Assembly: GCA_016795425.1 (NCBI GenBank)
Contig: JAEUHG010000087.1
Span: 83,410 to 147,409, forward strand
DNA: 64,000 bases
Direction of reading: 5' to 3'
From: Verrucomicrobiales bacterium
GTDB taxonomy: Bacteria > Verrucomicrobiota > Verrucomicrobiia > Limisphaerales > CAIMTB01
Below are positions 10,201-19,598 of this stretch, piece after piece (the first letter of the stretch is position 1; each line of letters begins with the position of its first letter). Position numbers and translations under genes: made by a program. Below the pieces are notes generated by a model. The model saw only the letters and a list, made by a program, of their open reading frames with translations, was not told the origin of the DNA and made no database searches.

Positions 10201-12153
10201 TCAGGCCTTGGCGCCGGGGGTGGCTGCCGCTGTCGGAGTGGGGGTGGCGGGTTTGGCGGACTCAGGGGCGGCGGGTGCGCCGGCACCCCGGTTTTCGGGT
10301 TCATCAGGGCGCCGGAGGAGGACGATATCCCCGGGTTGGAGGCCTTCCTTGATCTGGATGAATTCGTCGTTGTAATCGCCCACCTGGACGACTCGGCGTT
10401 CGACCTTGCCACCGCGAAGGACGTTGCAGGCCTGCTCCTTTTCGCCGGGAGCGACGGCTTGGATGGGCACGAAGACGACATCCTCCAGGCGATCCACCTG
10501 GATCTCGACCTTGGCGGTCATGCCGGGCTTGAGCCAGTCGTGGGCGCCATCGATGTGAACCTTGGTGCTGTAGACCTTGAGGTCGGGATTCATCCAGCGG
10601 TTTTCGGCGTCGGGCAGCACGCCGACCTTGACGACTTCGCCGGTCAGTTGGCGTTCGGGGAAGGCGTCGACGCGGATCCGGGCCTTCATGGTCTTCTTGA
10701 CCCGTTTGACCTGGGCTTCGTGGACCTTCACTTCGACCGCCATTTTAGTGAGGTCGGGGATGGTGATGATGGGTTGGCGTTCGCGCACGGTGGCACCGAC
10801 GCGGATGCGCTCCTCGCCGTAGTAGAAACCATCGCGTTGTCCGCCGTAGGTGACGAGGCCCGGTTTGATGGCTCGCATCGTGCACTTTTCGAGTTGTTCC
10901 TGGAGGTCGCCGCGTTCCTTTTTCACGACCGAGAACTGGCTCTCGGCGGCCTTCAGTTTGGCGCGGGCCTGGGCGAGTTTGGACATTCCTTCCTTGCGGG
11001 TGCGGGCGAGGTTGCGGAGGGCTTCCTCGTATTTGCCGAGGAGTTCCTCGGCTTGCTTGGCAAATTCGTAACGGGTGAAGAGGGTGAGGGAAGTGGAAGC
11101 CTTCTGGACCTTGAGCACGACCTGCTCAAGTTCGAGTTTGGCGGCGTCGAGTTCGGTCTTGGTGACGAAACCGCGTTCGTGCAGGCGTTGCGTGCCCTCG
11201 AGTTTGGTTTGGGCGGCGGCGCGTTCCTTTTCGGCAATAAGCAGCGTGTCACGCGCCTCGCGGAGCTTCTGTTGGCCTTCGCCATCGCCGAGCAATTCGA
11301 CCTTGGCGTAGGCGCTGAAGTCGACCAATGACGCCAGGCTGACCTTGGGAAGCTGGAGGGGGGCGTCCGCGGGATCGGTCTCGGCTGGCGCCGGGGAGGG
11401 CGTCGGGGCGTTGGCCGGCATTATCGTGCCGGGAACGGCGCCGCCGCCGGGCGGCGCGACCAAGGTGAGGACGCGGGCGGCATCCGCCGCGGCGGAAGAG
11501 GCGGGGACGTTTGCACTGCCGGCGTTGGAGTTGGGATTGAGCGACTCGGCCCCGGGACTGGGGGGTGGCGCCACGGGTTCATCGCGGGTGGCCTCGGCCT
11601 CGATCTCGGCGAGCTTGAGTTTCTTCACCAACTCGTCGGCCACCTGGCCGCCCAGGTATTTCTCGGCGTCCAGGCGGGCAAAGCGGGCCTTCTGTTCCGC
11701 GGCTTTGAGGTCCGTGACGTTTTGATTGAGTTGAATGGCAAAGCCTTGCTGGGCCTCGGTGAGGGCGGCTTGCTTGCTCTCGAACTCGATTTCCTGGGTG
11801 ACGACGCGTTGTTTGATTTCGGACGAGTCCAGTTCGATGAGGATCTTGTTGGTGCGCACGTCGTCGTCGGTGATGAGGTAGCCTTCCTCGACGATGCTGA
11901 GGATCTTGCGGCCTTCCCACCCTTTGACTTCGGAGCGGACTTCCTGGGATTCGACCGCTTCGAGACTGCCGCTTTCGGTGACGATGATGTCGAGGGGTCC
12001 GCGGCGCGCCTCGAAGGTGAGACCGGTTTCGGGCGTCTCGGACTTGGGTCGCCTCAGCCACCAGCCCGCCAGGGCCACGGCGAGGACGGCGAGGATGATC
12101 CAGCGGAGACGGGAACGGCGTTCGGGGGAAGGTGGGGGGGCGGCGTCGTTCAT
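10201..12153 (-). CDS. HlyD-family periplasmic adaptor (MacA-like), unusually long, with a low-complexity insert
   Basis: 650 aa. Has an N-terminal TM (WIILAVLAVALAGWWL), long coiled-coil hairpin segments, a beta-barrel/MPD-like C-terminus (GMTAKVEIQVDRLEDVVFVPIQAV), and an Ala/Pro/Ser-rich insert (PPPSPGAESLNPNSNAGSANVPASS...APTPSPAPAE). Confidence 0.85.
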   Translation of the reverse strand: MNDAAPPPSPERRSRLRWIILAVLAVALAGWWLRRPKSETPETGLTFEARRGPLDIIVTESGSLEAVESQEVRSEVKGWEGRKILSIVEEGYLITDDDVRTNKILIELDSSEIKQRVVTQEIEFESKQAALTEAQQGFAIQLNQNVTDLKAAEQKARFARLDAEKYLGGQVADELVKKLKLAEIEAEATRDEPVAPPPSPGAESLNPNSNAGSANVPASSAAADAARVLTLVAPPGGGAVPGTIMPANAPTPSPAPAETDPADAPLQLPKVSLASLVDFSAYAKVELLGDGEGQQKLREARDTLLIAEKERAAAQTKLEGTQRLHERGFVTKTELDAAKLELEQVVLKVQKASTSLTLFTRYEFAKQAEELLGKYEEALRNLARTRKEGMSKLAQARAKLKAAESQFSVVKKERGDLQEQLEKCTMRAIKPGLVTYGGQRDGFYYGEERIRVGATVRERQPIITIPDLTKMAVEVKVHEAQVKRVKKTMKARIRVDAFPERQLTGEVVKVGVLPDAENRWMNPDLKVYSTKVHIDGAHDWLKPGMTAKVEIQVDRLEDVVFVPIQAVAPGEKEQACNVLRGGKVERRVVQVGDYNDEFIQIKEGLQPGDIVLLRRPDEPENRGAGAPAAPESAKPATPTPTAAATPGAKA

Positions 12154-13949
12154 TGAGTGATCTCCGGTTCGGCGTGGGTGGCGTTGGGGCTGGCGGGATC
12201 GGTGGTGGGAACGGGGTCGAGCGGGCGCACTTGGCGGACCGAAGCATCCAGGCTGTCCCAGTGACCGTTGTCCTTGAGATAGAGAATGCCCATGTCCCGC
12301 CAGAAGCGCAGGCGGGCGAGGTTGTGACTGACCAGCGCGCTGGTGCGCTGGTTGCGGGCGGTCAGCAGGTCGTCCTGAGCATCCAGCAGGTCGCGGGTGG
12401 TGCCACGGCCCAATTCGGCGCGGAGGGTCTGTTCCTCGACCCGGCGTTCACCGAGTTTCACGCTGACCTCGGCATTCTCGTAATTGCGCCGGGCCTGTTC
12501 CAGTTCGCGGGCGTCGTTGGCGATCTGCAGGCGGATTTCGTCAACGGCGAGGTCCCATTCGCGGGAAGCCCGGTTCCGGGCGATGATGGCGGATCGATAG
12601 CTATTGCGCTCGGCTTTGCGATCGAACGGAAGGTCGACGTCAAGGCCGGCGTTCCACCGGTAGCGTTCGAAGTCCGGCGTGGCAAAACCGGAATTGGCGG
12701 TGCCGGAGACCGACCCTGCCGCCACGAGGTCGACTTTGGGAAGCAGCTGATTCGCCGCGATCTTGATACGACGTTCGGCGTCCTCGACCTGTTCCTTACG
12801 GGATTGGAGATCGAGTCGGGTCTGCACCGCGACGGACAGGGCGTCGTCGAGGGAGAGTCCGGGTTCCGTGACGGCGAGGGCGGAGAGTTCCCGGTCATCG
12901 AGCACGAGCCGAGTGGCAATGGGCAGCCCGATGCGGATCTTGAAACGATCCAGGGCTTCGCGGTAGGCGCGGACGGTCTCGATCCAGCGGGTCTCGGAGG
13001 TGAGGACATTCTGCTGGAGTTGGTCGACAGCTGCCATGGGACGCAGGCCTTCTTCGGCGAAGGCCTTTTCACGTTCCGCATTCTGCCGGGACCGTTGCAG
13101 ATCGGCCCAGGCGTTGCGGGCGGCGTCGCGGTTCTGGAGGATGCCGTAGTAGGCCGAGGCGATCTCGACGGCGAATTCCTTCCGGTACTGGGTGAAGTCG
13201 CGAAGTCCGTAGAGCAGGCTGCGCTCCGCCTGGGTCAGGTCTTCCATGGCGGCCAGTTTACCGGCGCCCTGAAGGAGCGGTTGGGTGAGTTGGGCGGCGA
13301 CTTGCGATTGGGAGAAAGTGCGCGGATCGCCGGTGAGGTAGCGGAGGAAATCCGTGGTGAAAGCGACCCCCAGTCGGGCCCCGGTAGCCAACAACCAGTT
13401 GACGCCGACGGTGGCCGAGCCGGAGACGCGTTGTTCTTCGATCAAGATGGCGTCGGCAGTGAGCACGGTGGTGGGCTGCCCGGTGATGGCATCGATGCCG
13501 ACGCGGACCTCCTCGGTGGTGACCTGGTAGTCGCCTCGTCCGGTGCCGAAGAAATTCGGCTGATGCCGGTGGCGGACCAGGGTGACATCGAGCGCGGTGA
13601 GATAGAGGGTTTCTTTTCGAGCCTGGTAGTCCCGGCTGTGTTGAATCGCCAGCGTGAGAGCGGGAATGAGAGGGAGGAGAACGGCATCGCGCTCGATTTC
13701 GCCCTGGTTGCCGAGGAATTCCGGCGGGGCATCCGCCCGCGGCAAGGCGCCGAGGTCGGGCGGGGCATTGGTCTCGATCGAGAAATGCCGGTCCATGTTG
13801 GGCACGCGCTCGCCCCGTGTGGTGATCAAGCGGGCGACTTCCCGGTCGGCAGCGGCCCCGTAACGGCGCGCTGAGCAGGCGCCCAAGGCGACAGCCAACG
13901 AGGCCCCGAGTAGCGCCGTGTTCAGGGCTCGAATCCGGGTGGAAGGCAT
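12150..13949 (-). CDS. TolC-family outer-membrane efflux protein
   Basis: 599 aa. The signal/lipobox-like N-terminus is LLGASLAVALGACS. It shows two-fold repeated helical/beta architecture with typical TolC blocks (ALDRFKIRIGLP, DLLDAQDDLLTARNQ). Its stop overlaps the HlyD start (ATGA). Confidence 0.85.
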   Translation of the reverse strand: MPSTRIRALNTALLGASLAVALGACSARRYGAAADREVARLITTRGERVPNMDRHFSIETNAPPDLGALPRADAPPEFLGNQGEIERDAVLLPLIPALTLAIQHSRDYQARKETLYLTALDVTLVRHRHQPNFFGTGRGDYQVTTEEVRVGIDAITGQPTTVLTADAILIEEQRVSGSATVGVNWLLATGARLGVAFTTDFLRYLTGDPRTFSQSQVAAQLTQPLLQGAGKLAAMEDLTQAERSLLYGLRDFTQYRKEFAVEIASAYYGILQNRDAARNAWADLQRSRQNAEREKAFAEEGLRPMAAVDQLQQNVLTSETRWIETVRAYREALDRFKIRIGLPIATRLVLDDRELSALAVTEPGLSLDDALSVAVQTRLDLQSRKEQVEDAERRIKIAANQLLPKVDLVAAGSVSGTANSGFATPDFERYRWNAGLDVDLPFDRKAERNSYRSAIIARNRASREWDLAVDEIRLQIANDARELEQARRNYENAEVSVKLGERRVEEQTLRAELGRGTTRDLLDAQDDLLTARNQRTSALVSHNLARLRFWRDMGILYLKDNGHWDSLDASVRQVRPLDPVPTTDPASPNATHAEPEITQ

Positions 13950-14158
13950 GGGTGGATTTGGTTTTCGACGCTCGGGATCGGTACCGTGTTCAATGGCGGA
14001 TGGGTTGGGGCATGGCGGATTTGCGCACCAATGATACGACCGGACTACGGGTGAAATGTCACGGTTCTGTAAGGAACACCGAATCTGAAGAAAGGTTTGG
14101 GTGGGTGAAACGATCGAATTGGGGGTGTTAGGGGACCTTTCTCACCCCTTGAATGCCT

Positions 14159-14186
14159 TTGACTGACCCCGGTCGTACCGTATGCT
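14159..14186 (+). promoter_or_regulatory. Candidate sigma70-type promoter for pgk
   Basis: TTGACT (14159-14164), 16-nt spacer, TATGCT (14181-14186). AAGGA lies 4 nt before ATG 14213. This is pattern only, and promoter consensus for this lineage is unknown to me. Confidence 0.3.
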
Positions 14187-14212
14187 CGCCGCCCCTTAAG
14201 ACATTAAGGACT

Positions 14213-15469
<1,257 letters not shown>

Positions 15470-15533
15470 CGGCGGACCGGTATCACCACGTTCTCAACAC
15501 CCCGAAATTTCGCAGCCCCACCCTGGAATCACT

Positions 15534-16298
15534 ATGGTCAAGGACCGAAAACTCATCATCGCCGGCAATTGGAAGATGAACAAAACCGTGGCCGAAGCGT
15601 TGGATCTCGTGAATGGGATCAAGCGCGAGGTCGCCAGCGTGAAGGAAGTCGACATCGTCGTGGCGCCGCCCTTCACCGCCTTGGAATCCGTCTCCAAAGC
15701 TCTTCTGAATTCCAACGTGCGCCTGGGGGCGCAGAACATGAGCGAGAACGGGCCGGGTGCGTTCACCGGCGAGATCGCCGCCACGATGCTTAAGGAGTTC
15801 TCGGTTCGCTACGTGATCCTGGGCCACTCCGAGCGGCGCCAGTATCAGAAGGAGTCGGACGAACTCATCGCCAAGAAGGCCGCGGCAGCGCATGCCTCCG
15901 CCCTGAAGCCGATCGTGTGCGTCGGCGAAACACTCTCCGAGCGCGAAGGGGGAATCACCGAGAAGGTGATCGGGACGCAGGTGCGGGGAAGTCTGGCCGG
16001 GCTCACCCGCGAGCAGATCGAGGAGACCATCGTCGCGTACGAACCGGTCTGGGCCATCGGCACAGGAAAGACCGCCAGTTCGCAGCAGGCCCAGGATGTG
16101 CATGCCTTCATCCGCAAGGTGCTGGTCGAAATGTTCGACGACGCCACGGCGCGCCGGGTGCGCATCCAGTATGGCGGCAGCGTGAAGCCTTCCAACGCCC
16201 GCGAGCTCATGGGCATGCCGGATGTGGACGGCGCGCTGGTGGGTGGAGCCGCCTTGGAGGCGCGCAGTTTTGCTGATATCATCCGCAATTCAATCTAG
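15534..16298 (+). CDS. tpiA: Triosephosphate isomerase
   Basis: IIAGNWKMNKT, VILGHSERR, AYEPVWAIGTG, YGGSVKP. Confidence 0.95.
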   Translation: MVKDRKLIIAGNWKMNKTVAEALDLVNGIKREVASVKEVDIVVAPPFTALESVSKALLNSNVRLGAQNMSENGPGAFTGEIAATMLKEFSVRYVILGHSERRQYQKESDELIAKKAAAAHASALKPIVCVGETLSEREGGITEKVIGTQVRGSLAGLTREQIEETIVAYEPVWAIGTGKTASSQQAQDVHAFIRKVLVEMFDDATARRVRIQYGGSVKPSNARELMGMPDVDGALVGGAALEARSFADIIRNSI

Positions 16299-16347
16299 TC
16301 ACTGAGTTCATTCGAGGGTTCCTCCCTATCCTTTTTCATTCGCGCAT

Positions 16348-16785
16348 ATGACGATCCTGATCGCCTTTCTCACGTTCGTGTTGATGTTGACCTCGGCTTT
16401 TCTGATCCTGCTGGTCCTCGTCCAGCTTCCCAAGAAGGAAGCCGGCGTGGGCATGGCGTTCGGGGCTGGCATGAGCGAAATGCTGCTCGGTGCGGGTTCG
16501 GGCAACGTCCTGACCCGGATCACCAAGTACACCGTGGGTGTGTTTCTCGGGCTGTCCTTGGTCCTTTCGGTGCTGATCTCGGGACAGGCGCGGTCCAAGG
16601 GACTCGCGGTGACCCAGGCCCTGGAAGAGAAGGCTCGTTCCACCCCTGCCGCGACCACCCCCGCTCCGGCACCGGTCAATCCAGCGCCGCTCCAGTCGTT
16701 GGTGACCAGCAATAGCAATGCCGCCACCACGCCGCTGGCGACCACCACCACCGTCGTCAACCCGACGGCTCCGACCAACAATTAA
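16348..16785 (+). CDS. secG: Preprotein translocase subunit SecG with a Thr/Ala/Pro-rich tail
   Basis: FLILLVLVQLPKKEAGVGMAFGAG...LTRITKYTVGVFLGLSLVLSVL is a typical SecG two-TM core. The gene sits in the conserved pgk-tpiA-secG context. Confidence 0.85.
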   Translation: MTILIAFLTFVLMLTSAFLILLVLVQLPKKEAGVGMAFGAGMSEMLLGAGSGNVLTRITKYTVGVFLGLSLVLSVLISGQARSKGLAVTQALEEKARSTPAATTPAPAPVNPAPLQSLVTSNSNAATTPLATTTTVVNPTAPTNN

Positions 16786-17059
16786 CGCGGTCGGCGATCC
16801 TCTGCCGCGTCCTGCTCCTTGAACCGGCCCGAACAACCTGGCTCGGCCGGATCGGCAGGAATGAAGACGACCCAGTGCTGCGCCGTGAGTTCACGTCGCG
16901 GTCCGTCACGGCTTGGCCGCTGTTCGGTTCATGGTCGCAATGTGCGAGGTCATTCTCGCGGTGGCCGCCCATGAATCGTGGCGCCGGGAAGGCTGGATCC
17001 TCGCGTCGCCCGGCTGCGGATTCGGAGGATAGGCCCAACGGGCCGTTCTCCTTCGAACC

Positions 17060-18679
17060 ATGCAGGTGAGGGAGAAATCCAAGAACTTCCCCTGGCTTCC
17101 CTGGAAGCTGGCCCTGTGCCTTTTCGTGGGCTCGATGGGATGCCACCCGACGCCTCCCGCCGATCTGACCATTCTGAATGGCGCGGAACCGAGTTCCCTG
17201 GATCCGATCATGGTGACGGGGATCGAGGAATTGCGCGCGGTGCTTCCGTTGTTCGAGGGGTTGACCCGACCCGATCCCCGCACAGGGGCCGCTTCCCCTG
17301 GATTGGCGGAACGATGGGAGATCGCGCCGGACGGCCGGGTGTACACGTTTCATTTGCGCACCAACGCGGCGTGGTCGACGGGGGAGCGGATCGACGCGAC
17401 GGATGTGGTTTACTCCTGGCGGCGGGCCTTGGAACCGACCAATGCCTGCCAGTACGCCAATCTGCTTTTTCCTATTCGGGGTGCGGAAGCCTTTCATCTG
17501 GGACGCGCTCGTGCGTTCGATCAGGTGGGGCTGCAGGCAGAATCCCCCATACGCCTGCGGGTGGAACTGGAGAATCCCTGCGCGTACTTCCTTGATTTGT
17601 GCGCCTTCCAAACCCTCGCCGTGGTGCCGAGGCAGGCGGTAGAACGATACGGGGATCGGTGGGTGATCCAGGAGTCCGTGCCCACCAGTGGACCGTATCA
17701 ATTGGAGTTCTGGCGTCTGAACGACCGCGTGCGATTGCGGCGGAATCCCCATTACTGGGACGCGGCGAACACCCGCAGCGCCGTGGTGGATTTGCTGTCT
17801 CTGACCGCGCCGAATACCGTGATGAATCTCTATCTGGCGGGCCAGGCGGACATCATCTGGGACAAGCCGATGGTTCCGACCGAATTGATGCCGGAGCTGC
17901 GAAAGCGACCGGACTATCACACGTTTCCCATACTGGGGACGTACTTTCTTCGCATCAACACCACGCGGGTCCCGTATTCGGATCCGCGGGTGCGAAGGGC
18001 GCTGGCGTTGGCGACCGACAAACGGCGGCTGACCCAACGCATTACGGCGTCGGGTGAGGAACCTGCCGATCACATGGTGCCCACGGTGACCGCCCGGTAT
18101 CGTCGTGGCGAAGGTCAGCGGTACGATGTGGAAGCGGCTCGGGGACTGCTTCGCGAGGCGGGATTTCCGGACGGCAGGGGGTTTCCGGTGATGGATCTGC
18201 TGATCGACAGCGCCGCCGGAGGACCGGCGCGAATCACGGAGCGCACCGGGGTGGAATTGAAAGCGATGTGGGAGGAGGCCCTGGGCATTCGCGTGGAACT
18301 TCGGCGGATGGAGAAGAAGGTCTTCCTCGTGGCGCAACGCAACCTCGAATACGACGTGAGCCGGTCGAGTTGGATTGGGGACTACAACGATCCCAACACG
18401 TTTTTGGATCTCTTCATGACCGGGAGCGGCAACAACCGCACCGGCTGGTCGAATGGGCGCTATGACCAATGGTTGCGGGAAGCGATGGCTGAACCGGATG
18501 AGGAGCGGAGGGCTCGGCTGCTGAGGGACGCCGAGACGTTGATGGTGCGAGACGAGGTCCCGGTGATACCTCTGTGGTTTGAGGTGGGCTTCCATTTGTA
18601 CGATCCCCGGCGGATTCGGGGAATTCACCCGAATCCGATGGATACCCACCCGATTGGGGCTATCGAACGGGTGCGGTGA
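17060..18679 (+). CDS. Family-5 (peptide/nickel, OppA/DppA-like) ABC substrate-binding lipoprotein, orphan
   Basis: Lipobox LFVGSMGC. Contains LTRPDPRTGAASPGLAERWEIAPDGRVYTFHLR and WIGDYNDPNTFLDLF. No cognate permease or ATPase genes are adjacent. Confidence 0.85.
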   Translation: MQVREKSKNFPWLPWKLALCLFVGSMGCHPTPPADLTILNGAEPSSLDPIMVTGIEELRAVLPLFEGLTRPDPRTGAASPGLAERWEIAPDGRVYTFHLRTNAAWSTGERIDATDVVYSWRRALEPTNACQYANLLFPIRGAEAFHLGRARAFDQVGLQAESPIRLRVELENPCAYFLDLCAFQTLAVVPRQAVERYGDRWVIQESVPTSGPYQLEFWRLNDRVRLRRNPHYWDAANTRSAVVDLLSLTAPNTVMNLYLAGQADIIWDKPMVPTELMPELRKRPDYHTFPILGTYFLRINTTRVPYSDPRVRRALALATDKRRLTQRITASGEEPADHMVPTVTARYRRGEGQRYDVEAARGLLREAGFPDGRGFPVMDLLIDSAAGGPARITERTGVELKAMWEEALGIRVELRRMEKKVFLVAQRNLEYDVSRSSWIGDYNDPNTFLDLFMTGSGNNRTGWSNGRYDQWLREAMAEPDEERRARLLRDAETLMVRDEVPVIPLWFEVGFHLYDPRRIRGIHPNPMDTHPIGAIERVR

Positions 18680-18754
18680 GGTTCGGGAGGCGAAGGCTAA
18701 AGCGTTCGTCTGCGGTTTTCGCCTTGTTCTCGGCGCGGCGTCGCGGGACAAGAC

Positions 18755-19378
18755 ATGCCAGTGAACCGTCGGCGCCGGGTCATGGCTATCGTTCTGCCTG
18801 CCGTCATTTTGGGGCCCGTCCTTTCCGGGGTCATCCACGAGATGGGTCACGCCGTCGTGGTTTGGGCCTTTGGTGGCCGATTGCACGGTATTCAGCCCTT
18901 CTGGTTTCTGGGAGCCCCCCATGTGCACTTCGAGGGAGAGATCGGCGGGGCCGGGTTGTCGCTGGTCTATGCCGCGGGAGTGCTGGCTGTGCTGGGCGTG
19001 ACCTGGATCGCCATGCTTTGCGTTCCGTTCTCCAAGTTTTCGAATGCCACGGCGGTCGCTTGGGGGATCGTCCTTGCCGCCCTGTTCACCCAGATCATTG
19101 CCTGGGCGGTCCTGCCGATTCTCGTTCTGGGTGGCGTGAAGATTCGGGATGACGCGGTGAATTTTCTGGAGGCGACGCCGATCCATCCGGCCTGGGTGAG
19201 CGTCGTCAGCATCGCGTTGCTCGCGGTGACCTGCGCCGTGTTTCTGCGGCGGACAGCGTTTCTGGACCGCTTTCGGGCCTTGCGGGCTGAGTTGGAAGCC
19301 GAGGGGACGGGCGAACCGCCGGATCCAAGTCCATCGCCTCGTTTGCCGAAGCCCCCGGGCGGTCCTTCACGTCGCTAG
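18755..19378 (+). CDS. Polytopic membrane protein with an HExxH motif (M50B-like putative metalloprotease)
   Basis: 207 aa with about 5 hydrophobic segments. HEMGHAVVVWAFGG lies in the first segment. The tail is Pro-rich. Confidence 0.55.
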   Translation: MPVNRRRRVMAIVLPAVILGPVLSGVIHEMGHAVVVWAFGGRLHGIQPFWFLGAPHVHFEGEIGGAGLSLVYAAGVLAVLGVTWIAMLCVPFSKFSNATAVAWGIVLAALFTQIIAWAVLPILVLGGVKIRDDAVNFLEATPIHPAWVSVVSIALLAVTCAVFLRRTAFLDRFRALRAELEAEGTGEPPDPSPSPRLPKPPGGPSRR

Positions 19379-19598
19379 GTGGGTGGCCGGGCACCCGGCG
19401 ATCCGCGGGCTTTCCGCAGGCGCGGACGCCGTTGAACAACCGCCGTCGGCCGTTCTTCGCGATTGACCTTGCAGCGTCGGTGGCGGCAGCCTGCCGGAGT
19501 TCCCATGCCTGTCCGTCCCTCACAAGGGGGCGGTCTCACCACTGTGCTATGGGTGTTTTTAGAACCGAAGACAAACGGTCCAAACAGTCCAAGACGCA

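Noticed and set aside
16786-17059. 270-bp intergenic region after secG, examined for a small gene or riboswitch
   Set aside because: It holds only short GC-rich hairpins (e.g. acgcgg...ccgcgt, ccggcc...ggccgg). There is no conserved RNA motif I recognise and no credible ORF.
16757-19186. 809-aa minus-strand ORF
   Set aside because: It is antisense to the well-supported substrate-binding protein and HExxH genes. Its translation is Arg/Pro/Gly/His-rich low complexity with no motifs. This is a typical high-GC shadow ORF.
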